Counted from the stretch's first letter, positions 1 through 10,439 are shown. The stretch is 64,000 nt of DNA from Halieaceae bacterium (GCA_965205725.1 OZ242189.1:2407973-2471972); one strand, 5' to 3'. A program made the numbers and translations. Notes: generated by a model not told the origin, from the sequence alone.

Positions 1-8
1 CCGTATGC

Positions 9-1139
9 TCATATCTTCATATCGTCAAAAAAACTTTTTACCCCCTCGAACCAGCTTGACTGGCGCGGAGAATTCTTGTCACCCGTCTCATCGAGAGTTT
101 CCTGAAACTCTTCCAACAACTCCTTCTGGCGCCTGGTCAGGTTAACCGGAGTTTCAACGTCTACCCTGGCCAACAGATCACCAACAGCGCCACCGCGCAC
201 TGGCTTCACTCCCTTGCCGCGCAAGCGAAACAGTTTACCGGTTTGGGTGCCAGCGGGAATCCTTAATTTCACGCGCCCTTCCAGGGTCGGCACTTCCAAC
301 TCACCACCCAGTGCTGCATGGGTAACCGTAATAGGCACTTCGCAAGACAGGTGTTTGCCGTCGCGCTCAAATATGGCGTGGTCCTGCACTGACATCTGTA
401 CAAACAAATCGCCGGGAGGGCCGCCTTCAGGACCCGCCTCACCTTCACCCGTCAGGCGAATGCGATCACCCGTATCAACTCCCGGTGGCACTTTCACTGA
501 CAGGGTTTTGGTTTCCTCAACCCGGCCTTGTCCACGACATGAGCTACAGGTGTCGACAATGACCCGACCCTTGCCACGACAACTGGGGCAAGTCTGCTGA
601 ACCTGAAAGAAACCCTGCTGCATACGCACCTGGCCCGCGCCGCCACAGGTGCTGCAATTAGATGGCGAACTGCCTGGCTTGGCACCGCTGCCATCGCAGG
701 GCTGGCAGGTTTGCAGAGTAGGTACGCGAATTTTTACAGTGGTGCCATGAACCGCGTTTTCCAGACTGATTGCCAGGGTGTAGCGCATATCTGAACCACG
801 CTGCGGCCCGCCGCGCTGACGACCGCCGCCACCGCCAAATATGTCGCCGAATACATCGCCAAAGATATCGCTGAAATTTCCCGAGAATCCGCCAGCTCCA
901 GCGCCCATTTGTGGGTCGACGCCCGCGTGACCGAACTGATCATAGGCGGAACGCTTCTCACGGTCAGACAGTATTTCGTAGGCTTCGCTGGCTTCCTTGA
1001 ATTTATTGTCCGCATTGGGGTCATCAGGATTGCGGTCGGGGTGAAATTTCATCGCCACCCGCCGGTAGGCCTTTTTGATTTCCTTCTCGTCAGAATCTTT
1101 GCCGACACCGAGGACTTCGTAATAGTCGCGTTTTGACAT
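9..1139 (-). CDS. dnaJ: Chaperone DnaJ (Hsp40)
   Basis: 376-aa ORF. It has a J-domain with HPD (KFHPDRNP), a G/F-rich linker and four CxxCxGxG zinc-finger repeats ([32 protein letters not shown]). It lies directly downstream of dnaK. Confidence 0.97.
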   Translation of the reverse strand: MSKRDYYEVLGVGKDSDEKEIKKAYRRVAMKFHPDRNPDDPNADNKFKEASEAYEILSDREKRSAYDQFGHAGVDPQMGAGAGGFSGNFSDIFGDVFGDIFGGGGGRQRGGPQRGSDMRYTLAISLENAVHGTTVKIRVPTLQTCQPCDGSGAKPGSSPSNCSTCGGAGQVRMQQGFFQVQQTCPSCRGKGRVIVDTCSSCRGQGRVEETKTLSVKVPPGVDTGDRIRLTGEGEAGPEGGPPGDLFVQMSVQDHAIFERDGKHLSCEVPITVTHAALGGELEVPTLEGRVKLRIPAGTQTGKLFRLRGKGVKPVRGGAVGDLLARVDVETPVNLTRRQKELLEEFQETLDETGDKNSPRQSSWFEGVKSFFDDMKI

Positions 1140-1149
1140 ATTCAGCGTT

Positions 1150-1186
1150 CTCTTAAAACAGCAACGCGGGCATAGGGAGCCCGCGA
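1150..1186 (-). terminator. Hairpin plus T-run between dnaK and dnaJ (attenuator/terminator candidate)
   Basis: On the minus strand, cgcgggc-tccctat-gcccgcg (1165-1185) is followed by ttgctgtttt. It lies 47 nt after the dnaK stop. Confidence 0.4.
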
Positions 1187-1232
1187 GTAAAAACGGTGGG
1201 CAAGTCCTGGCCTGCCCCGGAAGGAAAGCGGG

Positions 1233-3170
1233 TTACGGCGCCTTTTGTTCGTCGTCCTTCACTTCTTCAAACTCGGCGTCAACCACATCTTCCACTGGCT
1301 CAGCCTGTGCCTGCGCACTATCGCCACCGCCCGCGGCTTCCGCTGCGGCCGCCTGCTCAGCATATAACTTCTGCGCCAGGCTGCTTGAGGCTTCTGTCAA
1401 TTTTTGAGTGGCCGCTTCAATCGCTTCTTTGTCGTCGCCTTTGAGTGCTTGTTCAGCCTCTGCGACTACCGCTTCAATGGCCGCCTTTTCCTCGTCAGAG
1501 GCTTTGTCGCCTGCTTCTTCCAGGGTTTTCCTGGAAGCGTGCACCAAACCTTCACAGGTGTTGCGTGCGGTAACCAGCTCCTCAAATCTAACGTCGGCTT
1601 CTGCATTCGCCTCTGCATCTGCCATCATTTGATCGATCTCCTCATCGGTCAAACCACTGGACGCTGTAATGCGAATGGACTGTTCTTTACCCGTTGCCTT
1701 GTCTTGCGCAGCCACATGTAAAATACCGTTGGCATCCAAATCAAAGGTCACTTCGATCTGCGGCAGTCCGCGGGGTGAAGGCGGAATGTCGGCCAAATCA
1801 AAACGCCCGAGTGACTTGTTAGACTGGGCTTGCTTGCGCTCGCCCTGCACAACATGAATCGTAACAGCCGTTTGGTTGTCTTCAGCGGTTGAGAAAATCT
1901 GCGACTTCTTGGCGGGAATGGTCGTGTTTTTCTCAATCAGCGATGTCGCTACGCCACCCATGGTTTCAATACCCAGGGTCAGCGGCGTAACGTCCAGCAA
2001 CAGTACGTCTTTTACATCGCCGCTCAATACCGCACCCTGCAACGCAGCACCCATGGCTACAGCTTCGTCAGGGTTTACATCGCGGCGCGCTTCCCTGCCA
2101 AAGAACTCGGCAACTTTGCTCTGTACCAATGGCATGCGGGTTTGACCACCCACCAAAATCACGTCGTCGATTTCGCTGGGGTTAAGGTCGGCATCTTTCA
2201 GCGCAATTTTCATCGGCTCGAGTGAGCGAGCAACCAGCTCTTCAACCAGCGATTCCAGCTTGGCCCGGCTCAGCTTAACGACCAGGTGCTTGGGACCAGA
2301 TGCATCCGCCGTAATATAGGGCAGGTTTACTTCAGTCTGCTGGCTGGAAGACAGTTCAATCTTGGCCTTCTCGGCCGCTTCCTTCAAACGCTGCAATGCC
2401 AGCGGATCATTGTGCAGATCAATGCCGCTTTCTTTCTTGAATTGCTCGGCGAGGTATTCAATCAAACGCAGGTCGAAGTCTTCACCACCCAGGAAGGTGT
2501 CGCCATTGGTGGACAGCACTTCAAACTGGTGCTCGCCATCAACTTCGGCAATTTCGATGACTGAAATATCGAAAGTACCGCCACCCAGGTCATAAACCGC
2601 GATGGTTTTATCGCCCTGAGACTTATCCATGCCGTAGGCCAGTGCCGCAGCAGTTGGCTCGTTGATAATACGTTTTACTTCGAGACCGGCGATCTTGCCG
2701 GCGTCTTTGGTTGCCTGACGCTGGGAGTCATTAAAGTAGGCGGGCACAGTGACAACCGCTTCGATGACTGGCTCGCCCAGAAACTCTTCAGCCGTTTTCT
2801 TCATCTTCATCAGAATTTGTGCAGAGACCTGCGGCGGTGCCATTTTCTCGCCCTTGGTTTCAACCCAGGCGTCACCGTTGTCAGCTTCGACAATGCTGTA
2901 AGGCACCATGCCGATATCTTTCTGTACAACAGCGTCTTTGAATTTGCGGCCGATCAGGCGCTTTACAGCAAACACTGTATTGGTTGGATTGGTTACCGCC
3001 TGGCGCTTGGCTGACTGGCCCACCAGTATTTCACCATCCTCTGTATAGCCGATGATGGAAGGGGTTGTGCGATCACCTTCGGCATTTTCAATTACCTTGG
3101 TGGAATCGCCGTCGAGTACTGCCACACACGAGTTAGTGGTACCCAGATCAATGCCTATAATCTTACCCAT
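1233..3170 (-). CDS. dnaK: Chaperone DnaK (Hsp70)
   Basis: 645-aa ORF with [17 protein letters not shown] and an acidic C-terminal tail, in grpE-dnaK-dnaJ order. Confidence 0.98.
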   Translation of the reverse strand: MGKIIGIDLGTTNSCVAVLDGDSTKVIENAEGDRTTPSIIGYTEDGEILVGQSAKRQAVTNPTNTVFAVKRLIGRKFKDAVVQKDIGMVPYSIVEADNGDAWVETKGEKMAPPQVSAQILMKMKKTAEEFLGEPVIEAVVTVPAYFNDSQRQATKDAGKIAGLEVKRIINEPTAAALAYGMDKSQGDKTIAVYDLGGGTFDISVIEIAEVDGEHQFEVLSTNGDTFLGGEDFDLRLIEYLAEQFKKESGIDLHNDPLALQRLKEAAEKAKIELSSSQQTEVNLPYITADASGPKHLVVKLSRAKLESLVEELVARSLEPMKIALKDADLNPSEIDDVILVGGQTRMPLVQSKVAEFFGREARRDVNPDEAVAMGAALQGAVLSGDVKDVLLLDVTPLTLGIETMGGVATSLIEKNTTIPAKKSQIFSTAEDNQTAVTIHVVQGERKQAQSNKSLGRFDLADIPPSPRGLPQIEVTFDLDANGILHVAAQDKATGKEQSIRITASSGLTDEEIDQMMADAEANAEADVRFEELVTARNTCEGLVHASRKTLEEAGDKASDEEKAAIEAVVAEAEQALKGDDKEAIEAATQKLTEASSSLAQKLYAEQAAAAEAAGGGDSAQAQAEPVEDVVDAEFEEVKDDEQKAP

Positions 3171-3230
3171 TTTGTCTCTCCAAAATCTGTCGGCTGCCTT
3201 CAGTCAGCCATATTCAATCAAGTCTGTGTG

Positions 3231-3259
3231 TATATGGGCGCCAATCCGGAGTATTCAAG
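3231..3259 (-). promoter_or_regulatory. Sigma-32-type heat-shock promoter upstream of dnaK
   Basis: The minus strand reads CTTGAAT-N14-CCCATATA, against the consensus CTTGAAA-N13-17-CCCCATnT. It lies about 60 nt upstream of the dnaK ATG. Confidence 0.55.
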
Positions 3260-3282
3260 GTCTGACCCTGTCATTTATCGCT

Positions 3283-4056
3283 TTATTCGCGTGCTTTGCT
3301 CACCACCACCATGGCCGGGCGAATCAGCCGTCCGCCGAGGGTGTAACCCTTCTGCATCACGTCCATCACCGTATTGGGCTCCATATCCGGATTAGGCACC
3401 ATAGTCATGGCCTGATGTAAGTTGGGGTCAAAGGGTTCGCCGACCGGATTTAACTGCTCGATATTGAACCTGGCAAACACATCCAGCAGCCCTTTCAAGG
3501 TTAAATCCACTCCCTCGGAGATGGCTTTCACGTCCTCCGTATCGCTTGCCGCATCGAGAGCGCGCTCCAGGTTGTCCACAACCGACAAAAGTTCGCCAGA
3601 AAACCGTTCCAGGGCAAACTTGCGGGCTTTTTCAACATCTTGCTCGGAGCGGCGACGCGCATTTTGCGCCTCTGCCTGCGCGCGCAGGGCGGTGTCTTTA
3701 GCCGCCTCCAGCTCTTCCTGCAATGATTCGAGTGTCACCTCTGCATCGGCAATTTCTTCCACAACTTCCCGAACGGCTTCTTCCCGAACGGCTTCTTCCC
3801 GAACGGCTTCTTCCCGAACGGCTTCTTCCCGAACGGCTTCTTCCCGAACGGCTTCTTCCCGAGCGGCTTCTTCCCGAGTGGCTTCTTCCTGAACGGCTTC
3901 TTCCCGAGCGGCTTCTTCCCGAGTGGCTTCTTCCCGAGCCGCTTCGGCCACTTGCCCGGCAGAATCTTCAGCCGAACCCTCTACCACCTGCTCCAGTGCT
4001 TCTGCTTCAACCTCAACACCCGCTTCAGATTCTGGTTTCTGATCGTCTCCAGCCAC
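3283..4056 (-). CDS. grpE: Nucleotide exchange factor GrpE with an N-terminal (R-E-E-A-V/A/T)n repeat extension
   Basis: The C-terminal two thirds are typical GrpE (ARKFALERF...[12 protein letters not shown]...[16 protein letters not shown]). I place the start at GTG 4056, which is preceded by GGAG 7 nt upstream. The track ATG at 4158 lies upstream of the sigma-32 promoter, so it is unlikely to be the start. Confidence 0.85.
   Translation of the reverse strand: MAGDDQKPESEAGVEVEAEALEQVVEGSAEDSAGQVAEAAREEATREEAAREEAVQEEATREEAAREEAVREEAVREEAVREEAVREEAVREEAVREVVEEIADAEVTLESLQEELEAAKDTALRAQAEAQNARRRSEQDVEKARKFALERFSGELLSVVDNLERALDAASDTEDVKAISEGVDLTLKGLLDVFARFNIEQLNPVGEPFDPNLHQAMTMVPNPDMEPNTVMDVMQKGYTLGGRLIRPAMVVVSKARE
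3771..3950. repeat. 15-bp tandem repeat array inside grpE (about 12 units, the first 6 perfect)
   Basis: gaacggcttcttccc occurs six times without a mismatch (3771-3860). Degenerate units follow (gagcgg.., gagtgg.., gaacgg.., gagcgg.., gagtgg.., gagccg..). In the grpE frame the array encodes [15 protein letters not shown] pentapeptides. Confidence 0.95.
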
Positions 4057-4126
4057 GTAATCGCTCCGTTTTTGATCAATTTTTAAACAATACAGCGCCA
4101 TTGAGGCACATTTCTCTCCCCAGGGG

Positions 4127-4155
4127 ATATAGGGGCCACTGCGTCGCATTTCAAG
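4127..4155 (-). promoter_or_regulatory. Sigma-32-type heat-shock promoter upstream of grpE
   Basis: The minus strand reads CTTGAAA-N13-CCCCTATAT, a near-perfect match to the sigma-32 consensus. Confidence 0.6.
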
Positions 4156-4246
4156 CAAAAGGTGCGTAAAAAGAGCCGCATCCGGCTGTTTCGCAATAGC
4201 GCAGTCCTGACTCCGACAGGCTCCTGGAGATGGGGCAAAGAGCGGT

Positions 4247-5278
4247 CTACCTGGAAAGCGCCGCCGAGAGCATTTTCGCGGTGATGTCTACAATGGGAAT
4301 AACCTTGTTATACGCCATGCGGGTGGGGCCAATAACCCCCAGCACACCAATGGTTTGGCCGTCCTCGGTATAAGGCGCGGTCACTACACTGTATCCACCC
4401 AACACCTCGTAGCCCGCTTCCTCACCAATAAATATCTGCACACCCTGGGCGCGGGTACAGCGTTCCAGCAAATGCAACAGATCCTTCTTGCGCTGAAAAG
4501 CCTCAAACAAACCCTGCAATTTATCCATTTCTTCAGGGGTGGCGCTGCCCAATAACTGGGTTTCTCCAGCCACCACATAATCCTGTGCCTGCTCTTCTCC
4601 TTCAAAGGCTTTGCTGGCAAGGTCGAGCGTTGCCTGCATATAGCTATCGATACTGGCCCTGTCTGCCTCCATCTCTCGAATAATACGATGCTTGGCTTCA
4701 TCCAGAGGTCGACCGGAAAAGCGCTGGTTGAGCAAACTGGCCGCCTGCCGCAATTCCTCTTCCGAGTAGGGGCGGGAGGTATGGATGATGCGATTCTGCA
4801 CTTCCTTCTCTTTGGTGACCAAAATCACTAACACCCTGGCGCCGGAGAGTGGCAGGAATTCTACCTGGCGCAGCTGATTCGCCTGCTGCCGCGGCACGGT
4901 GACAACGCCCGCCTGTGAAGTAATGGACGAGAGTATGCCCGATGCGGTTTGCACCAGCTCCTGGGTCGATTTATCAGGGTCCAACTGCTGTAGTGCGATC
5001 AGGGATTGACTGTCAGGTTGGCGCATTTGCAACAAGCTGTCGACAAACAGGCGGTAACCGGCCGAGGTGGGAATGCGACCGGAAGAGGTATGCGGTGAAA
5101 TCAAATAGCCACGATCTTCCAGGTCAGACATGACATTGCGAACAGTCGCTGCCGACACTGGCAGGTGCGACTCCTCTAGCAGTGTTTTCGAGCCCACAGG
5201 TTGTCCATCTTTGATATGCCGCTCGACGAGAGCCTTGAGGACAACCTGAGCACGGTCTGAAATATTCTGACTCGCCAT
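4247..5278 (-). CDS. hrcA: Heat-inducible transcription repressor HrcA
   Basis: The ORF has a winged-helix N-terminus ([25 protein letters not shown]) and an HrcA C-domain, and it sits upstream of grpE. I chose the start at [11 protein letters not shown] (ATG 5278) rather than the track start at 5380. Confidence 0.9.
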   Translation of the reverse strand: MASQNISDRAQVVLKALVERHIKDGQPVGSKTLLEESHLPVSAATVRNVMSDLEDRGYLISPHTSSGRIPTSAGYRLFVDSLLQMRQPDSQSLIALQQLDPDKSTQELVQTASGILSSITSQAGVVTVPRQQANQLRQVEFLPLSGARVLVILVTKEKEVQNRIIHTSRPYSEEELRQAASLLNQRFSGRPLDEAKHRIIREMEADRASIDSYMQATLDLASKAFEGEEQAQDYVVAGETQLLGSATPEEMDKLQGLFEAFQRKKDLLHLLERCTRAQGVQIFIGEEAGYEVLGGYSVVTAPYTEDGQTIGVLGVIGPTRMAYNKVIPIVDITAKMLSAALSR

Positions 5279-5368
5279 AGCTGCGATTCTATCAACGCGG
5301 CGCGCAATAAAACCATCCTTTTCCCCCGGGTGGTTTAAGTGGCCGAGTAACTGGGGTATAAGATAGCC

Positions 5369-7030
5369 ATGCTCGTACATCTCAGCATCTCTAACTACAC
5401 CATCGTCGACCAGCTGGATATGGAATTCAGCGACGGCATGACTGTAGTTACCGGGGAAACGGGTGCCGGCAAGTCTATCATGCTTGATGCACTGGGCCTG
5501 TGCCTGGGTGATCGGGCCGACCCCAAGGCCGTAAGCGCCAACGCAGAACGCGCCGATATCACCGCAACCTTCGATATCAGCCAGTTAAAGCACGCGCAGA
5601 GTTGGCTGAAAGAGCGCGACCTGGATGCGGGCGAAGACTGTATTCTTCGTCGCAGCCTGAATCGCGAGGGCCGCTCGCGCACGTTTATCAACGGCCACGC
5701 CTCCACGCTGCAAGACTGCGCCCAACTGGGCGGCTTGTTGATTGATATTCACAGCCAACACGCTCATCAGTCGCTGTTAAGGCGAGAAGTACAGCGCTCA
5801 CAACTGGACGAGTTCGCCGGTCAAACCAAAGCCGCGCACGCCCTTGAACAGTTGGCCTCGGACTGGCTGCGACTGCAACGGCAACTGGAATACCTGGTCG
5901 GCAGCAGCGGCGAACGCAATGCCCACGCGCAATTACTGGCCTACCAGGTTGAAGAGCTGGACCAGCTAGCCCTGAAAAAAGGGGCGGTGGAAAGCCTGGC
6001 GCTGGAACAAAAACAACTGGCCAATGCCGAACAAATTTTGCAGTCCTGTCATCAGGCTATCGAGTTGTGTGAACAGCAGGAAGATGGTACTCGCCACGCT
6101 CTGCGACTGATCCAAAATGATATTCTCAGTAGCGACCAGGTAGCGACCGCTCAGGAGCTACTAGACAGCGCCGCGATTCAGCTCAATGAAGCCCGTGCGG
6201 AACTACAGCAATTAGTGGACCAGGTTGAAGTTAACCCCGAGAGTCTGCACAGCATTGAATCAAAACTCGACACGCTCTATGAAATTGCGCGCAAGCATCG
6301 GGTGAAGGCAGAGGAGCTGCCGGAACACCACTGGCAACTACAACAAGAGCTGAACGAGTTGCGCGCCAGTGACGTCAATATCGAAGCACTGCAGGAGCAA
6401 CTGGGTGGCTTGGCGCTCCACTATCGCAACGCCGCAGAGACGCTAAGTGAGGCGCGACAAAAAGCCGCCAGAAAACTCACCAAAGAGATTGAAAAACAAT
6501 TGGCCGAGCTGGCCATACAACAGTGCGTGTTTGAGATTGCGCTGACACCGCGAGCCAGTGACACCCCCCACCCCCACGGTCTGGAAGATATTGAGTTTCG
6601 CATCAGTACCAACCCCGGTTCCAAACCACAGGCGCTGGGCAAAATTGCCTCTGGTGGAGAACTCTCGCGTATCAGTCTGGCCATTCAGGTTGTTACGGCC
6701 AGTACCAGCACCGTGCCCAGCATGGTATTCGATGAGGTTGATGTGGGCATTGGCGGTGCCGTGGCCGAGGTTGTTGGCAAACTGCTGAAGACCCTGGCTG
6801 AAAAAGCTCAAATTCTCTGTGTGACTCACTTACCGCAGGTGGCCTCTCAGGGGCATCAACATTTACAGGTAGCAAAAACCAGCGATAAAAAGCGCGCCAG
6901 CGCCACGCTCACGCACCTGGATGAACAGAATCGCGTAGAAGAAATTGCCCGGATGTTGGGTGGTATAAAACTAACCGATCAAACCCGCGCCCACGCGCGA
7001 GAAATGCTGGAACAGGCTACTTCTTCTTAA
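5369..7030 (+). CDS. recN: DNA repair protein RecN
   Basis: 553 aa with an N-terminal MLVHLSISNYTIV, Walker A GETGAGKS, a long coiled coil, the SMC signature SGGELSRISLA and Walker B VFDEVDVG. Confidence 0.95.
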   Translation: MLVHLSISNYTIVDQLDMEFSDGMTVVTGETGAGKSIMLDALGLCLGDRADPKAVSANAERADITATFDISQLKHAQSWLKERDLDAGEDCILRRSLNREGRSRTFINGHASTLQDCAQLGGLLIDIHSQHAHQSLLRREVQRSQLDEFAGQTKAAHALEQLASDWLRLQRQLEYLVGSSGERNAHAQLLAYQVEELDQLALKKGAVESLALEQKQLANAEQILQSCHQAIELCEQQEDGTRHALRLIQNDILSSDQVATAQELLDSAAIQLNEARAELQQLVDQVEVNPESLHSIESKLDTLYEIARKHRVKAEELPEHHWQLQQELNELRASDVNIEALQEQLGGLALHYRNAAETLSEARQKAARKLTKEIEKQLAELAIQQCVFEIALTPRASDTPHPHGLEDIEFRISTNPGSKPQALGKIASGGELSRISLAIQVVTASTSTVPSMVFDEVDVGIGGAVAEVVGKLLKTLAEKAQILCVTHLPQVASQGHQHLQVAKTSDKKRASATLTHLDEQNRVEEIARMLGGIKLTDQTRAHAREMLEQATSS

Positions 7031-7427
7031 CGTAGAGCACCAGCGAATGGTCAACCAGGTCGAAGCCGTGCTCGGCGGCAAGTTCGTGCTGGCGCTTCTC
7101 AATGATTGGGTCAAGAAACTCGATCACTTCACCAGAGTCCATACACACCATGTGATCGTGGTGCTCACCTTTGGCCAACTCAAACACTGAATGACCCGTT
7201 TCAAAATTGTGCCGTGTGACCAGGCCAGCCGTTTCAAACTGCGTTAACACGCGATAGACCGTGGCCAAACCGACATCTTCGCCAGCATCCAGTAGCGCGC
7301 GATATACATCTTCTGCACTCATGTGCTGAACTTCGTTATCACGGTTCTCCAGGATTTGTAATATCTTGACCCGGGGCAATGTAACTTTGAGACCTGCCTT
7401 ACGCAGTTCCTGATTTTCAGCAGACAT
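7017..7427 (-). CDS. fur: Ferric uptake regulator Fur
   Basis: 136 aa with RLKILQ-like PRVKILQILE and the metal site HHDHMVC. It is divergent from bamE, as in pseudomonads. Its 3' end overlaps the recN 3' end by 14 nt (convergent genes). Confidence 0.95.
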   Translation of the reverse strand: MSAENQELRKAGLKVTLPRVKILQILENRDNEVQHMSAEDVYRALLDAGEDVGLATVYRVLTQFETAGLVTRHNFETGHSVFELAKGEHHDHMVCMDSGEVIEFLDPIIEKRQHELAAEHGFDLVDHSLVLYVKKK

Positions 7428-7503
7428 TATTGGTGCTCAGTATTCAGACATGTGATTCTGGGGTATCATGCCACCCCTGCAAAGGAAGTGAAAGTTAATC
7501 TCC

Positions 7504-7848
7504 ATGCGAATCCTGTTTTACGCACTAATTATCAGCGTTATCAGCCTGACCAGCGGCTGCGGCTCTTTAGGTTTTCCCGGTGTTTACCGAATTGATATTG
7601 AGCAGGGCAATGTTGTCACTCAGGAAATGGTCGATCAGCTCAAGCCGGGTATGACCCGTCGCCAGGTACGCTTTATATTGGGCACTCCCCTGGTTGAAGA
7701 CAGTTTTAACCAGGCTCGCTGGGACTACGTTTATCTACTGCGAAACGGCAATACAACTAAAACCAATAAACGCTTGAGTGTGTTCTTTGCCGACGATGAG
7801 CTGAGCCACTTCAGCGGCAATTTCGTACCCGCCGAGGCCGAGGGCTAA
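7504..7848 (+). CDS. bamE: Outer membrane assembly lipoprotein BamE (SmpA/OmlA)
   Basis: 114 aa with lipobox LTSGC and the SmpA/OmlA core GMTRRQVRFILGTP. The gene sits next to fur, which is the usual arrangement. Confidence 0.85.
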   Translation: MRILFYALIISVISLTSGCGSLGFPGVYRIDIEQGNVVTQEMVDQLKPGMTRRQVRFILGTPLVEDSFNQARWDYVYLLRNGNTTKTNKRLSVFFADDELSHFSGNFVPAEAEG

Positions 7849-7856
7849 GCGCCCTG

Positions 7857-8183
7857 CTACTTGCCCGCGGTTTGCTTTTCCTTTGCCCGACGCTCTTTCG
7901 CCTCTGCTGCGCGGCGTTTGCGAACTTCTTTCGGGTCGGCAATCAAGGGCCGATAAATTTCCACCCGGTCACCTGCATGCAATACTTGTCCAGCCTTAAT
8001 AGCCTTGCCAAATATACCCAGGTCAGCACCTTTCAGACTTAGACCGAAAAAATGTTTCTCAATGCCCGACTGCGCCACCGCATCTTCTGCAGTGGTACCC
8101 GCAGGCACTTCCAGCATCACAATTTCCTGCTTGTCGGGCAGGGCATAGGCAATTTCAACAGGAATTTTGTCAGCTTCGGTCAT
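7857..8183 (-). CDS. rnfH: RnfH family ubiquitin-like protein (UPF0125, RatB-like)
   Basis: 108 aa with IPVEIAYALPDKQ...GDRVEIYRPL and a basic tail. It has the conserved position downstream of the ratA homologue. Confidence 0.8.
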   Translation of the reverse strand: MTEADKIPVEIAYALPDKQEIVMLEVPAGTTAEDAVAQSGIEKHFFGLSLKGADLGIFGKAIKAGQVLHAGDRVEIYRPLIADPKEVRKRRAAEAKERRAKEKQTAGK

Positions 8184-8223
8184 GGCTTATCCATACAGTT
8201 GGGCTTGAACTGCAAATCCAGAC

Positions 8224-8514
8224 TCACCTTACAGGCCGCATCGTCCAGCGCCCCGCAAAGGATTCAAACGGCCCCTCCGGCAATTCCAGTTCAATATTGG
8301 TGGTGGGCTGCAACGTATTGCACGTTGCAAAACTTTGAGTAATGCCCCTTTTTGCCAAATCCAGACGGGCTTCCACAACGCCTTCTTCGCGCAATAGCAC
8401 CTCGGCGCCAACACAGCCGTCCATGAGCTGGGGACAGGCTTCAAAATCATCCACCCATGCGCAAACCTGCGGAGCGGTGCAGGGCAACAGGGCTGAGCGT
8501 TGAATCACTGTCAT
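8224..8514 (-). pseudogene. ratA: RatA/YfjG (SRPBCC, CoQ-binding) homologue, frameshifted and C-terminally shortened
   Basis: The 96-aa ORF aligns by eye to the first two thirds of E. coli RatA (VIQRSALLPC..., GPFESFAGRW). It stops at RPVR*. A shifted frame continues as SLDLQFKPNCMDKP* into the rnfH ATGA. About 30 C-terminal residues seen in E. coli RatA have no counterpart. Confidence 0.5.
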
Positions 8515-8526
8515 GTCGGAAAAAAG

Positions 8527-9894
8527 CTAGAAGCTCTCGATGTGGGCAACAAAGATAATGACCAGAATGACTGGTGGGGCAATATACCGCAAACAGGCGC
8601 GCCATAAGAAGAAGAACTCTCTGGATTCACGATACAACTCAACCTTAAGGACTTCGCGGGGCACGCCGTAGCCCACGCACAAGGCCACCAGCAAAGCGGC
8701 TATAGGCATCATGTACTGCGTGGTCACCACGTCTAACAACTGAAAGAAGCCCAAATCGCCAATGAAGCGTATATCCTGCCATTGGTTGAGTGACAGGGCC
8801 GCTACCAGGGCGATCAGCCAAATCACCAGGGCCAGCGCCAGAGCGGCAATAGCCCGGCGCATGCGCAAACGCTCAGTCAGAAAGGACAAGGGTACCTCGG
8901 CGATTGCCACCGCAGAGGCCAGAGTGATCACTGAAATCAGTGAAAAGAACAGCACGCCGAAGGTCTCACCCTGGGGCATGTTGCTGAAGGCATAGGGCAA
9001 GCTGACAAACATAAGCGCCGGCCCCATGGCGGGTTCCAGGTTGTTGGCAAACACCAGCGGGAAGATGGCAATGCCTGCAAAGATCGCAACAAAAATATCC
9101 AGGATCGCAACCGCTAGCACCGTGCGACCCAAGGGGATTTTTTCTGGTGCATAGGCACCCAATGCAACGCCCACACCCACGCCAACACCCAGGGTAAAAA
9201 ATGCATGGCCCATGGCGATCAACACCGAGCGGTTGGTGAAGTCAAAACTGACCGAGGAAAACAGAAATTTGCCGGCGGCGGCCACGTCGCCATGCTGCAA
9301 ACCAAAACTGATGAGCGCCGTGAGTACAACCAGAGCCAATGGCACCACAAACCAAAACAGCACGGCTAAACCCCGATGAATGCCTGTGGCGGAAATACCA
9401 AACACCAGCGCAATAAACAAACTTTGCCAATAAATTTGCTGCTCAGGCGTGGCTAAAAAGTCTGCAAAGTGCTCGCCCACCATTGCTGCACTGGCATCGG
9501 CAAGCACAGCGGCGTCCATCTTGCCCACATAAGCCAATGTCCAGCCGGCAACCACGCTGTAATAGCCCAATAGCAATATCGCACAGAGCACCAACCACCA
9601 ACCCAATAGCGACCAATAGCGGGTGATACTTGAGCGCTCTGCAATCTTGGCCATGGAGGCTACCGGGTTGGCGCGACCATAACTGCCCAGCAGCACTTCG
9701 GCGATCATCACCGGCACAGCCACCAGCAGTAATGTGGATAAATAGACCAGCACAAAGCTGGCGCCACCGTGCTGACCGACCAAATAGGAAAAGCGCCAGA
9801 AGTTACCTAAACCCAGGGCTGCGGCCGAGAGTGCCAACACAAACGTGGTGCGGCTGGCCCACGCACCCGAGGCCGCGCGCAGTGCAATGCTCAT
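8527..9894 (-). CDS. Sodium-dependent transporter, neurotransmitter:sodium symporter (SNF) family
   Basis: 455 aa and polytopic, with the NSS signature GLGNFWRFSYLVGQHGGASF near the N-terminus. Confidence 0.9.
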   Translation of the reverse strand: MSIALRAASGAWASRTTFVLALSAAALGLGNFWRFSYLVGQHGGASFVLVYLSTLLLVAVPVMIAEVLLGSYGRANPVASMAKIAERSSITRYWSLLGWWLVLCAILLLGYYSVVAGWTLAYVGKMDAAVLADASAAMVGEHFADFLATPEQQIYWQSLFIALVFGISATGIHRGLAVLFWFVVPLALVVLTALISFGLQHGDVAAAGKFLFSSVSFDFTNRSVLIAMGHAFFTLGVGVGVGVALGAYAPEKIPLGRTVLAVAILDIFVAIFAGIAIFPLVFANNLEPAMGPALMFVSLPYAFSNMPQGETFGVLFFSLISVITLASAVAIAEVPLSFLTERLRMRRAIAALALALVIWLIALVAALSLNQWQDIRFIGDLGFFQLLDVVTTQYMMPIAALLVALCVGYGVPREVLKVELYRESREFFFLWRACLRYIAPPVILVIIFVAHIESF

Positions 9895-9936
9895 ACTTGA
9901 ATGCCCATGTCAGGATTTTGCGGCATAATGCGCGCC

Positions 9937-10419
9937 ATGAGCAAGAAGAAGCCCAAACAAAGCAGCAATACTATTGCCCAAAATAAGCGCGCCCACTTTG
10001 ACTATCGTGTGAATGAGCAGTTCGAGGCCGGTATGGCGTTGCAAGGTTGGGAAGTCAAAAGCCTGCGCCTGGGCAAGGTAGAGATCGTCGATACCTATGT
10101 CTTGATCAAGAACGGCGAGGCTTTTTTGGTCGGTGCCAACATCACCCCTTTGAATACCGCCTCAACGCATTATGTGACCGACCCCTCTCGCACTCGCAAG
10201 TTGCTGCTGCAGCAAAGGGAGCTGGCGAAAATTTTGGCGGCGACCCAACAAAAGGGGCAGACCTGTGTGTGTACCTCTCTGTATTGGAAAGGCCACCTGG
10301 TCAAGGCAAAAATTGCCCTGGCCTCTGGCAAGCAGGCTCACGACAAGCGCGATACAGAAAAGAACCGCGACTGGGACCGACAGAAACAGCGCATAGTGCG
10401 CGACAACGTAAAGCAGTAG
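9937..10419 (+). CDS. smpB: SsrA-binding protein SmpB
   Basis: Motifs [19 protein letters not shown] and a basic C-terminal tail. I chose the start at MSKKKPK (ATG 9937) instead of 9901. Confidence 0.95.
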   Translation: MSKKKPKQSSNTIAQNKRAHFDYRVNEQFEAGMALQGWEVKSLRLGKVEIVDTYVLIKNGEAFLVGANITPLNTASTHYVTDPSRTRKLLLQQRELAKILAATQQKGQTCVCTSLYWKGHLVKAKIALASGKQAHDKRDTEKNRDWDRQKQRIVRDNVKQ

Positions 10420-10439
10420 ACCGGGCTAAAAGCGGTCTA
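10417..10439. terminator. Hairpin between convergent smpB and the tauE-like gene
   Basis: TAGACCG-ggctaaaag-CGGTCTA spans both stop codons. The stem is only 7 bp and there is no clear T-run. Confidence 0.3.

Noticed and set aside
214-3420. Many 60-150-aa ORFs in the track lie antisense to, or out of frame within, dnaJ and dnaK (e.g. 214-600, 1404-1721, 2286-2564, 3052-3420). Equivalent shadow ORFs lie inside every long gene in the window.
   Set aside because: They lie entirely within strongly supported conserved genes, have low-complexity or Arg/Ser/Pro-rich translations typical of antisense frames in GC-rich DNA, and lack ribosome-binding sites.
3771-3950. Possible CRISPR array, because of regularly spaced repeats.
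   Set aside because: The units are contiguous 15-mers with no spacers, and they sit in frame inside grpE. No cas genes and no CRISPR-like array occur anywhere in the window.
3422-4169. Plus-strand ORFs with [10 protein letters not shown] and [10 protein letters not shown] repeats.
   Set aside because: They are the other-strand translation of the grpE 15-bp tandem array and are not independent genes.
5345-5368. LexA (SOS) box upstream of recN: CTGGGGTATAAGATAG.
   Set aside because: It fits CTG-N10-CAG only with a mismatch in the right half-site (TAG), and the internal AT-rich core is poor. It is too weak to call without a scoring matrix or comparison with other SOS genes of this genome.
7857-8514. 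ratA-rnfH as an active toxin-antitoxin pair.
   Set aside because: The ratA homologue is truncated and frameshifted here. The pair is a conserved housekeeping neighbourhood next to smpB/ssrA rather than a mobile TA module.
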